A stretch of 64,000 nt of DNA from an uncultured virus (IMG/VR IMGVR_UViG_2838736955_000001) (Duplodnaviria > Heunggongvirae > Uroviricota > Caudoviricetes), in IMG/VR virus record IMGVR_UViG_2838736955_000001. One strand, written 5' to 3'. The position numbers and the translations under genes are program-made. Positions 1 through 7,818 of this stretch are shown here, in pieces (within the stretch, counting starts at the first letter, position 1; each line of letters begins with the position of its first letter). Under the pieces are notes generated by a model. It was not told where the DNA came from. It saw only the letters and a program-made list of their open reading frames with translations, and did not search any database.

Positions 1-17
1 ATGGGCTTCAAACGTTC

Positions 18-43
18 TGCCACAGTAAAACAAGGTGTGGCAC
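18..43. repeat. Putative integrase arm-type binding sites, left end (TGCCACA-N11-TGTGGCA)
   Basis: AAGGTGTGGCA at 32-42 is identical to 57466-57476; GTGTGGCAC at 35-43 is identical to 57524-57532. Confidence 0.6.
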
Positions 44-63
44 TCCGTTCTGGATTTCACCTC

Positions 64-348
64 ATGACCTGGCAGAAGAAATACTCGTGGCGCGTGACTT
101 GGCCCGGTGAAGGCCACGAAGATTACAGCGCATATGACGGCGATCTCTACATCGGCCGAATCATGCGAGACCTGACGACGCACACCCATAAGAACGAGTT
201 CATGTGGTCTGGCGGCGCTGGAGGGAAATCATTCAATAATAGGTTGATGCCTCATCAGGGCTGGGAGAAAGAGCACTGGCAAGCTGCCAAGGCGGTTGAG
301 GACTGGTATGATGCGATGAGAGAGCGGAACGGGCTGGAACCGCGATGA
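64..348 (+). CDS. Hypothetical phage protein
   Basis: ORF; ATG at 64 is more plausible than position 1. Confidence 0.6.
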   Translation: MTWQKKYSWRVTWPGEGHEDYSAYDGDLYIGRIMRDLTTHTHKNEFMWSGGAGGKSFNNRLMPHQGWEKEHWQAAKAVEDWYDAMRERNGLEPR

Positions 349-464
349 TGCGCTACGACTGGAACATCGGCGGTTATGTCTTCCTCGTCTTCATGGCGGC
401 GGCTGTTGTTTTGGCTGGGTATAATGCGGTGATGGCTGTGGTGAGGTTCGTGGCGGCGCTTTAG
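345..464 (+). CDS. Small membrane protein (39 aa, MMRYDWNIGGYVFLVF...)
   Basis: ATGA overlap with upstream stop; one hydrophobic helix; read by hand. Confidence 0.45.
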   Translation: MMRYDWNIGGYVFLVFMAAAVVLAGYNAVMAVVRFVAAL

Positions 465-1144
465 GGCTGGCTCGACCGCTCTCGTTCCACGCGATCCATC
501 CGGTTCCTCAGATCGAGCAGGATATCGCGAAGACCGTAGACGCTGCCTGCCGCCTGTTTCATCTCATCGAGCTGGCGCTGCAGGTCGTCATCCTTGTTTG
601 TATAGTTCTGCCAGACACGTTCATGCTCCGCCCTTGGGACGAGATCCGTGCGGATTTCTTTGATTGCCCCCTCCGTTCGCTGACGGTCCTCCGCGGAACG
701 CGCCGTGCGCCACTCCATTTCCTTCTGGGTCACCATCTTGTCGACGAGGGAAGAGAGGCTTGTCGTCGTGCTTGCGGAAAGAACCTTAGCATCGTCGCGT
801 ATCTGGGCGATATTGTCTTTGATCGGCTGCAAGGCAAGAAACCCGAGACCGCCAAGGATGGTGATGCTCACAGAACAGAACCCGATGATGATCGCCCAAG
901 GGGTCCGGTTTCTCTCTGCCAGGTTCGTTGATAGGGCCGCAACGGCGCTACGCATCTCCGATGACATCGAGGTCATGGACGATTCGATTTGCTTGAAACC
1001 AGACCTCATCTCCGTCTCGAGATCTGATTGCCGCCGGTTTAGGTTGGTAACCCTCTCGCCAAGCTGAGCAGTCAGAGCGTCGGTGTAAATCCGGTTTACG
1101 TCCTGCCCATTTCCATTGTTCATGTCATCGTTCCCTGCCGCCAT
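461..1144 (-). CDS. Coiled-coil membrane protein at end of lysis operon
   Basis: Central TM segment WAIIIGFCSVSITILGGLGFLAL flanked by coiled coils. Confidence 0.7.
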   Translation of the reverse strand: MAAGNDDMNNGNGQDVNRIYTDALTAQLGERVTNLNRRQSDLETEMRSGFKQIESSMTSMSSEMRSAVAALSTNLAERNRTPWAIIIGFCSVSITILGGLGFLALQPIKDNIAQIRDDAKVLSASTTTSLSSLVDKMVTQKEMEWRTARSAEDRQRTEGAIKEIRTDLVPRAEHERVWQNYTNKDDDLQRQLDEMKQAAGSVYGLRDILLDLRNRMDRVERERSSQP

Positions 1145-1282
1145 TCGTCCCGTCGCCCTTTTCTATGCGTATGCTATTCAGGCAGGCTCAGGAGAGCAGC
1201 CAGTATGAGAGAACCGTGGCAACACCGGCCACGATGGAGATAACTGCCGCCATGACCGCCAGCGGATTGTTGTGCAGGAAGT

Positions 1283-1567
1283 TCATTTGCCCCACCTCTG
1301 CTTGATGTCGGCGAACCACGCCGCGCAGTCTTCGGCCTGACGGTCTCGGATATCCGCCACGACTTCCCAACGCTTGAATGTCACAACCCACGGCTCATCA
1401 CCGATGCGAACCCGGCCTATCTTGGCAACGCACGATGCCGGCGGTTCGGGGAACGGGATAACCGCCCTCGCCTCGCCTTCAGTCTTTGCCGCGGCGGTGA
1501 CGCGCTGTTCTGTGGTCGCGCAGCCGGTCAGGAGCAGGCAGAGCAGGATCAATTGTGGTCGAGCCAT
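1283..1567 (-). CDS. o-spanin (Rz1-like lipoprotein)
   Basis: Lipobox LLTGC, Pro-rich stretch, overlaps the i-spanin end. Confidence 0.7.
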   Translation of the reverse strand: MARPQLILLCLLLTGCATTEQRVTAAAKTEGEARAVIPFPEPPASCVAKIGRVRIGDEPWVVTFKRWEVVADIRDRQAEDCAAWFADIKQRWGK

Positions 1568-1977
1568 TGGCGATCCTCCGCTGTTGGACGGGTGAGCTTG
1601 GTGTTGGTTCGGGCCTCTGCCGCCAGATGCTCGATGCGAGCCTGTCGCTGGGCTGCAATAGCCTCAGACAGGGCCGCACGCTGGCGCTCTGACGCTGCGG
1701 CATCATCTGCCGCCTTTCGAAGCTCTCGCTCTCGCTGAAGCTGGAATTGGACGGACTGCAGCTCGTATTTGCTTGCCATGCCGGCAGTGGCTTCCTTGAC
1801 CCGCTGGGCCGCGAAAGTCTCGACCCGGCCGGCAATGATGTCGCTGACGACAGGGATGGAAGTCAGGAACGGGATGTGGGATGCGCCGGGCACGCCTTCG
1901 TAGAATGCAATCGCCAAAATGAAGAGAACGCCGCCGATCCCGAATAGGCGCACGGCTGTTGCGAAGATAGCTGCCAT
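1549..1977 (-). CDS. i-spanin (Rz-like)
   Basis: N-terminal TM plus coiled coil, downstream of endolysin and holin. Confidence 0.7.
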   Translation of the reverse strand: MAAIFATAVRLFGIGGVLFILAIAFYEGVPGASHIPFLTSIPVVSDIIAGRVETFAAQRVKEATAGMASKYELQSVQFQLQRERELRKAADDAAASERQRAALSEAIAAQRQARIEHLAAEARTNTKLTRPTAEDRQWLDHN

Positions 1978-2327
1978 CAGTTCGGCCCCGTATCATCTGC
2001 GGTGAAAGGTCGAGATGGCGCGGTGTATGGCTCCGGCTGATAGAAGTCGCCGTCGTCCATATCTCGAATGAACTTGCGCTTCTCTCGATCGTCCCATACG
2101 GCGCCGAAGACGTAGCTGCCGAGGATCGCCGCGATGAGCGTCAAGAGCGCAATGAGCGCCTGCTCAAGGATGGAATTGCTCGATTTGATGAAGCCAACGA
2201 CGGATGCCAGGATGATGCCCTGTGCGTTTGCCATGGCCCATAGGAGCACGCGGAACATCCAGCGCCGCCGGATCGGCCAATTGTCGCGAGTGAGTTCCTG
2301 GCTCAGTGCTGCAGCTTTCTTCGGCAT
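1977..2327 (-). CDS. Putative holin
   Basis: Two TM helices and a charged C-tail; TGATG coupling with the endolysin stop. Confidence 0.6.
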   Translation of the reverse strand: MPKKAAALSQELTRDNWPIRRRWMFRVLLWAMANAQGIILASVVGFIKSSNSILEQALIALLTLIAAILGSYVFGAVWDDREKRKFIRDMDDGDFYQPEPYTAPSRPFTADDTGPN

Positions 2328-2980
2328 CAGGCGGCATCCAGAAGAGCGGCATAGAACTTCTTGCCGTAGCCTGCGATATCGTTCGCCCGATCGAGGCCGT
2401 TGATAATCCGGCGCGCGTTGACCCAATCGGAACCATTGCTGGTGAAATAGTCGCCCAGCCGCTTGCCTGTGAATATCCCATCGCGCATGCCGATGGTGAT
2501 GATTTTTCCGGCCACATCGTCAGTCAGGGCAAGATCGGGGTTCGCAACCAGATCAATGCCGAGAAGGTCGGAGAACTTGCCGTAGTTGTCCTTGCCCGTG
2601 ATCTGGCAATACCCCCTGCCCCGATAACGCCATCCATCGCCGGAAGATTCCGAACCGTTGCCCATGCGGTTCCCATAGGCGCGGTTGGCGATCTTCTGGG
2701 GCTGGCGCGCGTAAGCCTTCGCATCGGCCGGCGAGAAGTATTTCGGGAACGTGTTCCGAAGCCCCTGCTCCGAATAGTTCAGGTTCTCAACAATTGGCTG
2801 GAAGGTGCCGCCGGTCTCGATCACAGGTGTTGCCAGGATATAGGCAATGTGGCGAGGATCGTTGACCTTGAAGGCGGCGGAAGCATCGAGCATGGCTTCG
2901 ATCCCTTCCACCTGTGGCTGGTTCATCCGCCCGTCAAACACAGACGTGCGCACCCCAGCGAAGAACTTCGCTCGATTCAT
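2327..2980 (-). CDS. Endolysin, glycoside hydrolase family 19
   Basis: ETGG...ENLNYS, GDGWRYRGRGYCQITGKDNY and RRIING motifs. Confidence 0.9.
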   Translation of the reverse strand: MNRAKFFAGVRTSVFDGRMNQPQVEGIEAMLDASAAFKVNDPRHIAYILATPVIETGGTFQPIVENLNYSEQGLRNTFPKYFSPADAKAYARQPQKIANRAYGNRMGNGSESSGDGWRYRGRGYCQITGKDNYGKFSDLLGIDLVANPDLALTDDVAGKIITIGMRDGIFTGKRLGDYFTSNGSDWVNARRIINGLDRANDIAGYGKKFYAALLDAA

Positions 2981-3026
2981 GGGTTTCTCCGATGTTGATG
3001 ATGTCAGGTCAGAAAGGCGGGCATAG

Positions 3027-3051
3027 AAAAAGCCGCCTCAGTGGGCGGCTT
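3027..3051 (-). terminator. Rho-independent terminator upstream of the lysis genes
   Basis: Minus strand AAGCCGCC-CACTGA-GGCGGC-TTTTT. Confidence 0.7.
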
Positions 3052-3129
3052 CAGGTTGGCCTCATGGTTTTCTCACGGGGACGAGATCAGCGGCTCTCTC
3101 AGCAACCCCGGATATTTAGGGAAGACCGT

Positions 3130-3822
3130 TTAGTTGCTAAATCGCAGCAAAGTTCGCCTTACGAACGCGCGAGCCTTATCTATCGGCGAAGCGTGCCACG
3201 TGCGGAAGATGGCACTCGTGCCTGTAACATGGATTAACTCAGCCGTTCCGAACACTTTGGCAATCCGCGATGCCCACCACTCTGGAGGCTTAACGGTAGC
3301 ATGTGCGTTCTCACCGTTGGGAAGGACCATGTCAGCCGGCCTCGTGTCAGCAGCTATAATCGCGTGAGTGGTTAGCGATCGAATATGATGAAGAACGGCC
3401 GGGATCTCTGCCTCGTCCAAATGCTCGAGAACATCTGTGCATGTAACTATATCGTATCTCGAGTGAGGCACTTTGCTTATCTCTGGAATTGCCGGGTCAA
3501 ACCGGTGACGCACGCCAAGCGTCCTGGCACGCAAAAGTTCGACCGTTTTGCTTTGCCCTGCCCCGTAATCTAGCATCGAAGCCGGCCTCCGACTGATAAT
3601 CCACGGCTCGATCCATCGGCGCGCCTTTGCAGAGCCAGTGCCGTACTTTTGACGTCTGTGAATTTCCGCATACTGCTCAAGATTTCTTGTCGCTACCACG
3701 ATCGACCCCTCTGGAAATCTGAGATTGGTATATCTTGGGACGACAGACAGTTCCACTACCGTACCGAGTATTTTTCTACTTGAAGCGTTACTGAATGCGG
3801 AATTACAATCGGTTGATGTCAT
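3130..3822 (-). CDS. Class I SAM-dependent methyltransferase (true start probably near 3700)
   Basis: MLDYGAG motif I, YDIVTCTDVLEH, NAHATVKPPEWW. Confidence 0.85.
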   Translation of the reverse strand: MTSTDCNSAFSNASSRKILGTVVELSVVPRYTNLRFPEGSIVVATRNLEQYAEIHRRQKYGTGSAKARRWIEPWIISRRPASMLDYGAGQSKTVELLRARTLGVRHRFDPAIPEISKVPHSRYDIVTCTDVLEHLDEAEIPAVLHHIRSLTTHAIIAADTRPADMVLPNGENAHATVKPPEWWASRIAKVFGTAELIHVTGTSAIFRTWHASPIDKARAFVRRTLLRFSN

Positions 3823-3833
3823 TGGGGATCAAC

Positions 3834-4502
3834 ATGTCGTTCTTGCCGGCGCTTAGGAGTTTCCTAATGAAGCGGTCATCGCTTCCATTGGAGTTTACAG
3901 AGAACGTTTTTGTGCTGGGATCCGGGCCAGGGTCCTCTATTCCAGACGAGCTGGACGATTCATGGTCACTTGTTTCGATCAATGCCTCGCAAGCAGTTTT
4001 AAAGGATGAAACGATTGTTCCTGATTTCACGTTGTTTGGCACATCGACGTTACGCAACAAGCCGACCAATCGCGAAGCAAAAGACGTGCTGCGAGGCCGT
4101 AAAACTCGAACACTTATTCTATTCGATCGAGAAAAATTCATCGACAACCAACGGTACAAGCTATTTCGCCTCGGATACAGCTATGACCGTGTCATTTTTT
4201 TATCCACTGCCGAGCGCCTGGCGTGGATCCGCGGTGCAACTGGCATAGCCGTTAAGGACAACACACAGAAGCCCAGCAATGGAGTGGCGGCCGTTTTCCT
4301 GTGCGTATCATACGGTGTGAAAAAGATAGTCATGACCGGCTTTTCGCTAACCAAGCAAGGCCACGCGTACAACAACAAGAACCGGGAACGCGCTCACGTT
4401 CGGGGTGACAGAGCAGCATTGCGATCAGCGCTAATGCGAGGCCATCCAATTTATACCAATCAGGCGGATTTTTCAGAAGAATCAGGGGTTCCGCTGATCT
4501 GA
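3834..4502 (+). CDS. Sialyltransferase-like (GT29/GT42-like) glycosyltransferase-fold protein
   Basis: VFVLGSGP..INA, KPSNGV..A, IVMTGFS..GHAY..H motifs. Confidence 0.6.
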   Translation: MSFLPALRSFLMKRSSLPLEFTENVFVLGSGPGSSIPDELDDSWSLVSINASQAVLKDETIVPDFTLFGTSTLRNKPTNREAKDVLRGRKTRTLILFDREKFIDNQRYKLFRLGYSYDRVIFLSTAERLAWIRGATGIAVKDNTQKPSNGVAAVFLCVSYGVKKIVMTGFSLTKQGHAYNNKNRERAHVRGDRAALRSALMRGHPIYTNQADFSEESGVPLI

Positions 4503-4550
4503 AGCGAATTCGGGTTAGAATTGCCTAACCCGCGATTGAAGTTCTGTCTG

Positions 4551-4766
4551 CTACAGGTGATCAATGATGTGACCGTCTAGAGCATCGATACCCAAGCAGA
4601 TCACAGTCAGACAAAACAATGCAACTAAATACTTGACTGAGTGCGCCCGAAAGGTCGTCTCGGTCTTCTGAAGTATCGCCTTGTTGAGTAGCAAGTTAGC
4701 TCCCTCAACGTCGCCGATCGCCGCCCGATCCACGATTTCGGAGGCGAGATCCCTGTCATTCTTCAT
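4551..4766 (-). CDS. Small membrane protein
   Basis: AGGAG RBS; C-terminal TM helix. Confidence 0.55.
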   Translation of the reverse strand: MKNDRDLASEIVDRAAIGDVEGANLLLNKAILQKTETTFRAHSVKYLVALFCLTVICLGIDALDGHIIDHL

Positions 4767-4829
4767 CGAATAATCTCCTAAGATGGAGCGGCCCTATCGG
4801 CTATTCCTGACGCTAACCTGAATTCGATG

Positions 4830-5549
4830 TCAAACCGACATACCAACCAACGAAGACACGTTTATGCCAGCAGCCTCGCCGTGCTTCCAAATCTGCCGAT
4901 GAAGCCTTGCGCGATATCTTTTCAGTTTGATGCGGTTCAGCACTCCGCTCATCGCGTACATCCCGACTGGTGATTTCTCACCGGTGCCGTCGACACAAAC
5001 TACCCTCGGGTTGCTCCCCCCCCCATCGCACCAGACGAAATTACCAAGATTACAATCCATCAAAACTATGTGGAGACGTTGTGCCTCGCTGAAAAACTCG
5101 TTCAAGCCATCAAGGTGGTTCTGTTCGAAACGACGCTCCTCGATTAGCCTTCGCAGAGTTGGAGCCAATGAGCCGTCACGCGAGGACACTCGTTCAACAA
5201 TCATCCCCAGGCCCTGGCTTGTCTGAACGAAACCGAAAATCTTGGCGATCGGGAGGCGCTTTTCCTCGCCCGCAAATTTTCTCGCCAAGTTGAGATACTC
5301 TTCAAGCTCCCGACGGAAAACCATGTATGCGCCAAACCGACGCCACTTTTTAAAAAAAAGAAGTTTGCTCTTAACTTTTCTGTTGCCCCCCGCCGATTGA
5401 GCGGATGGCTTCACCGTTTTGATGACGACGTCTGGATGCATTCTGTTTTCGAAAATGTTTCTCGAGGCTCCATGCCCTGCAAGCCGCCACTGCGCGAGGT
5501 CAACATAATCTAGCGAGAACTGCATTTCACTCATACCATTACCTGTCAT
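4830..5549 (-). CDS. YrbL-family kinase-like protein
   Basis: LAGHGASR, HPDVVIK, GFVQTSQGLG, IVLMDCNLGN, VCVDGTG (protein-kinase-like fold). Confidence 0.75.
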   Translation of the reverse strand: MTGNGMSEMQFSLDYVDLAQWRLAGHGASRNIFENRMHPDVVIKTVKPSAQSAGGNRKVKSKLLFFKKWRRFGAYMVFRRELEEYLNLARKFAGEEKRLPIAKIFGFVQTSQGLGMIVERVSSRDGSLAPTLRRLIEERRFEQNHLDGLNEFFSEAQRLHIVLMDCNLGNFVWCDGGGSNPRVVCVDGTGEKSPVGMYAMSGVLNRIKLKRYRARLHRQIWKHGEAAGINVSSLVGMSV

Positions 5550-5929
5550 TCAATGCTCGTCCCCTGAATGCTAGCATCATCATATATCTCGTATCTAGGA
5601 GACTTTTTCCCTCCGGAAAGAATGTGAACGCTGTTGCTACCCGACGTCTAACCATCAACCCGTCCCGCCGGGATATCCTCTCCCCGCTTGACCAATTTCG
5701 AAAAAAGGAAGCGGCCCTCGTTACCACGGGCAAACGCAGACTGCCGCCCCTGGCTTGGAAACGGTGGCATCGATCGGAAAATGATAATTGCAGAACCGGA
5801 AGCGGAACTTCGAACGGCTGAACCCGACAATCATTTGGATGTGGGCGACACAACTGTGATGCGCGTGCGGTAAGCAACCAATTCGAACTTTGTCCGTTCT
5901 CGCGTCGTCAGAAACAGCAAGGATCAACG

Positions 5930-6085
5930 ATGAGCACTGGAAGCCAAGCCCGTTCGCGTATGTACATTTTCGTCGCCGCACTCTTTGTCTTGGGCCTGAT
6001 GCTTGTGGGCTACTACACATTCTTCCAGACTCCCGGTGAGATCAACGATGCGCCCGCCTCAGAGGTCGTGAACCCGAAGTCGTGA
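5930..6085 (+). CDS. Small membrane protein (51 aa, MSTGSQARSRMYIFVAALFVLGL...)
   Basis: AAGGA RBS; one TM helix; stop overlaps TGATGTCA; read by hand. Confidence 0.55.
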   Translation: MSTGSQARSRMYIFVAALFVLGLMLVGYYTFFQTPGEINDAPASEVVNPKS

Positions 6086-6185
6086 TGTCATCTCTAAAAT
6101 TAAGATGTGCTTATCTACGATCTGAAGATCGTATATCGCCAGCCGTCGGAGGCTCTATGTTAGGTCACCTCAACGGAGCCAAACA

Positions 6186-6272
6186 ATGCGCCTGACGATC
6201 TACAACTTTGTAATGTATGCTTCTTTGGTGCTCGTGGCGGCATACCTCTACGTGTTCGTGGATGTGACGTAA
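6186..6272 (+). CDS. Very small membrane peptide (28 aa, MRLTIYNFVMYASLVLVAAYLYVFVDVT)
   Basis: GGAG RBS; hydrophobic; read by hand. Confidence 0.45.
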   Translation: MRLTIYNFVMYASLVLVAAYLYVFVDVT

Positions 6273-6316
6273 CGCTCTATCGAAATTGCCATATTGCGGC
6301 TGTCGGTTCCGAAAGG

Positions 6317-6544
6317 TTGGCTGTGAAAGCCAACCGTGAACAGGAGCTACCCGTGAACATTGACCTCATTGACAAGACCAATCTCGCGTTTCGCCGCCTT
6401 AAGCTGGTGAAGATGGCGATCGAAGACATCGAAGATGAAGGTCAGGCGTCCGCTCTGTACGAGGGCGTCTACCTTACCGAAGTCATATTAAAGGAATTGA
6501 AGGAACTGCTCGAGAAGGCGCGATCGGAAGCGATCACTTCTTAG
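6317..6544 (+). CDS. Small helical hypothetical protein
   Basis: ORF; AGGAG RBS before the alternative GTG start at 6353. Confidence 0.6.
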   Translation: MAVKANREQELPVNIDLIDKTNLAFRRLKLVKMAIEDIEDEGQASALYEGVYLTEVILKELKELLEKARSEAITS

Positions 6545-6576
6545 CTCGATAGCACCGATGATGTCAGGGCGGTGGG

Positions 6577-6726
6577 TTATCGTAGGCTCGGAACTAAGAA
6601 CCAAAGTACTACGCATACGGCCAACAAAACGTATACTCCGGCATTAAGGACAGTCACCCACCGGTGCTTCGACCTAATTCTGCTTCCAAAACCTTCAGAC
6701 AAGGCATTGATCAAGAACTCAAGCAC
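6577..6726 (-). CDS. Small membrane protein (49 aa, MLEFLINALSEGFGSRIRSKHRWVTVLNAGVYVLL...)
   Basis: TAAGGAG RBS, GTG start; stop codon abuts the repeat; read by hand. Confidence 0.55.
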   Translation of the reverse strand: MLEFLINALSEGFGSRIRSKHRWVTVLNAGVYVLLAVCVVLWFLVPSLR

Positions 6727-6876
6727 CAGGGATCTCCTTAATACCCCATAGAGGTGTAGGCTCCGGGAGTTAACATCAAGAGCAAGATGTCAGGGTGCGG
6801 GGTGATCAGTCACTTGGTTGCAGGCGCCACAGGATTGTGCTGCTCTGATCAAGTTCATCGTTAGACAGGCGCCCAA

Positions 6877-7257
6877 ATGCTAATCCCGTCCTCGACATCC
6901 GACGTACTTCGCCGATTTGACCACTTCAATGACTCACTTCTCGGAGCAATATCGGTAGACTATGCGGAGCGCGCTCTTCCGCACATCCAAATCACGCTGA
7001 CATGCCAGGACGACGATGCAGACGAGCCGACATGGAGATCTTGCCGGATCGACTTCCACAATGTTCGTGAATTTAAAATCGAGCAGCGCACCAACTCAAC
7101 CCAAAGCGTGATTTCTTTTGGAATAGCGATCACGATTGAAAGCGGCATCACGTTTGTCGACTTTGACTGCCTAGGCGATACAGAGCGTACAGTTGAACAG
7201 GTTCGCTCCTCCGAATTTTACATCGGCGCGGAGCGCGTTGACTTCATCGTCCTCTAG
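6877..7257 (+). CDS. Immunity-protein-like hypothetical (Imm50-like)
   Basis: FDHFNDSLL..I....I.F.NV..F pattern of polymorphic-toxin immunity proteins. Confidence 0.5.
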   Translation: MLIPSSTSDVLRRFDHFNDSLLGAISVDYAERALPHIQITLTCQDDDADEPTWRSCRIDFHNVREFKIEQRTNSTQSVISFGIAITIESGITFVDFDCLGDTERTVEQVRSSEFYIGAERVDFIVL

Positions 7258-7278
7258 CGAAGGATGTCAGGGCGTGGG

Positions 7279-7476
7279 TCAGCTAGATCCAGAACAACGC
7301 GTCTTCATCAGCTTATTTTTCAGGTGTCCACCGTCGCTCAAAAACTCCAGCCAATAGCTCGATGCGACCTCTGCGGCGTACTCGCCAGGATTTCGCCCGA
7401 ACGGCAGCTTTCCGCTCTGGAAGCACTTCGTGACGACCGCCTGCACGAAACGACGATGGAATTCTTCTTCTGACAT
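7279..7476 (-). CDS. Hypothetical protein
   Basis: ORF fills the space between two repeats; stop abuts the repeat. Confidence 0.5.
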   Translation of the reverse strand: MSEEEFHRRFVQAVVTKCFQSGKLPFGRNPGEYAAEVASSYWLEFLSDGGHLKNKLMKTRCSGSS

Positions 7477-7599
7477 GCCCTGGAGTATATGGCACTGCCC
7501 ATCAACAATCGAGGTCTGATGTCAGGGCGGCGGGCTGTTGCATGATTTCCTGGCACACGTATCTTGTGCACTGCGAAACCCACTAGGCAAGGATCAGCG

Positions 7600-7809
7600 A
7601 TGCGGATCGAACTTCGTAGCAAGCTCATCGACGCGGCCGAGTACGATGCCTCCCAACTGCGTCTAAAGCTTTTCCTGACCAATGGTCAAATTCGTGAATT
7701 CGTTGACGTGCCCGCGCACGAAATTGATGCTCTCGCGGCGGCACGGTCGCCCGGATCATACTATCTCAAGTCGATCAAGGATCGTTACCAGCCGTCGACT
7801 GCCGCGTAA
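7600..7809 (+). CDS. KTSC domain protein
   Basis: SKLI....YD....L.L.L.NG....F.DVP.......AARSPGSYY...IK..Y. Confidence 0.85.
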   Translation: MRIELRSKLIDAAEYDASQLRLKLFLTNGQIREFVDVPAHEIDALAAARSPGSYYLKSIKDRYQPSTAA

Positions 7810-7818
7810 TGTACCCTG

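Larger units (their letters stand above)
6560..7534 (+). repeat. Four dispersed direct repeats GATGTCAGGG(C/T)G..GGG separating single genes (6560, 6786, 7263, 7518); related copy at 3000
   Basis: GATGTCAGGGCGGTGGG, GATGTCAGGGTGCGGGG, GATGTCAGGGCGTGGG, GATGTCAGGGCGGCGGG; GATGATGTCAGG at 2997-3008. Confidence 0.85.

Noticed and set aside
5539..5877. Overlapping short ORFs upstream of the YrbL-like gene
   Set aside because: No convincing RBS, motif or composition; probably intergenic or decayed sequence.
6560..7534. CRISPR array or classical integron interpretation of the GATGTCAGGG repeats
   Set aside because: Repeats are too short and spacers are whole genes of unequal length; no cas, intI or attC palindromes are visible.
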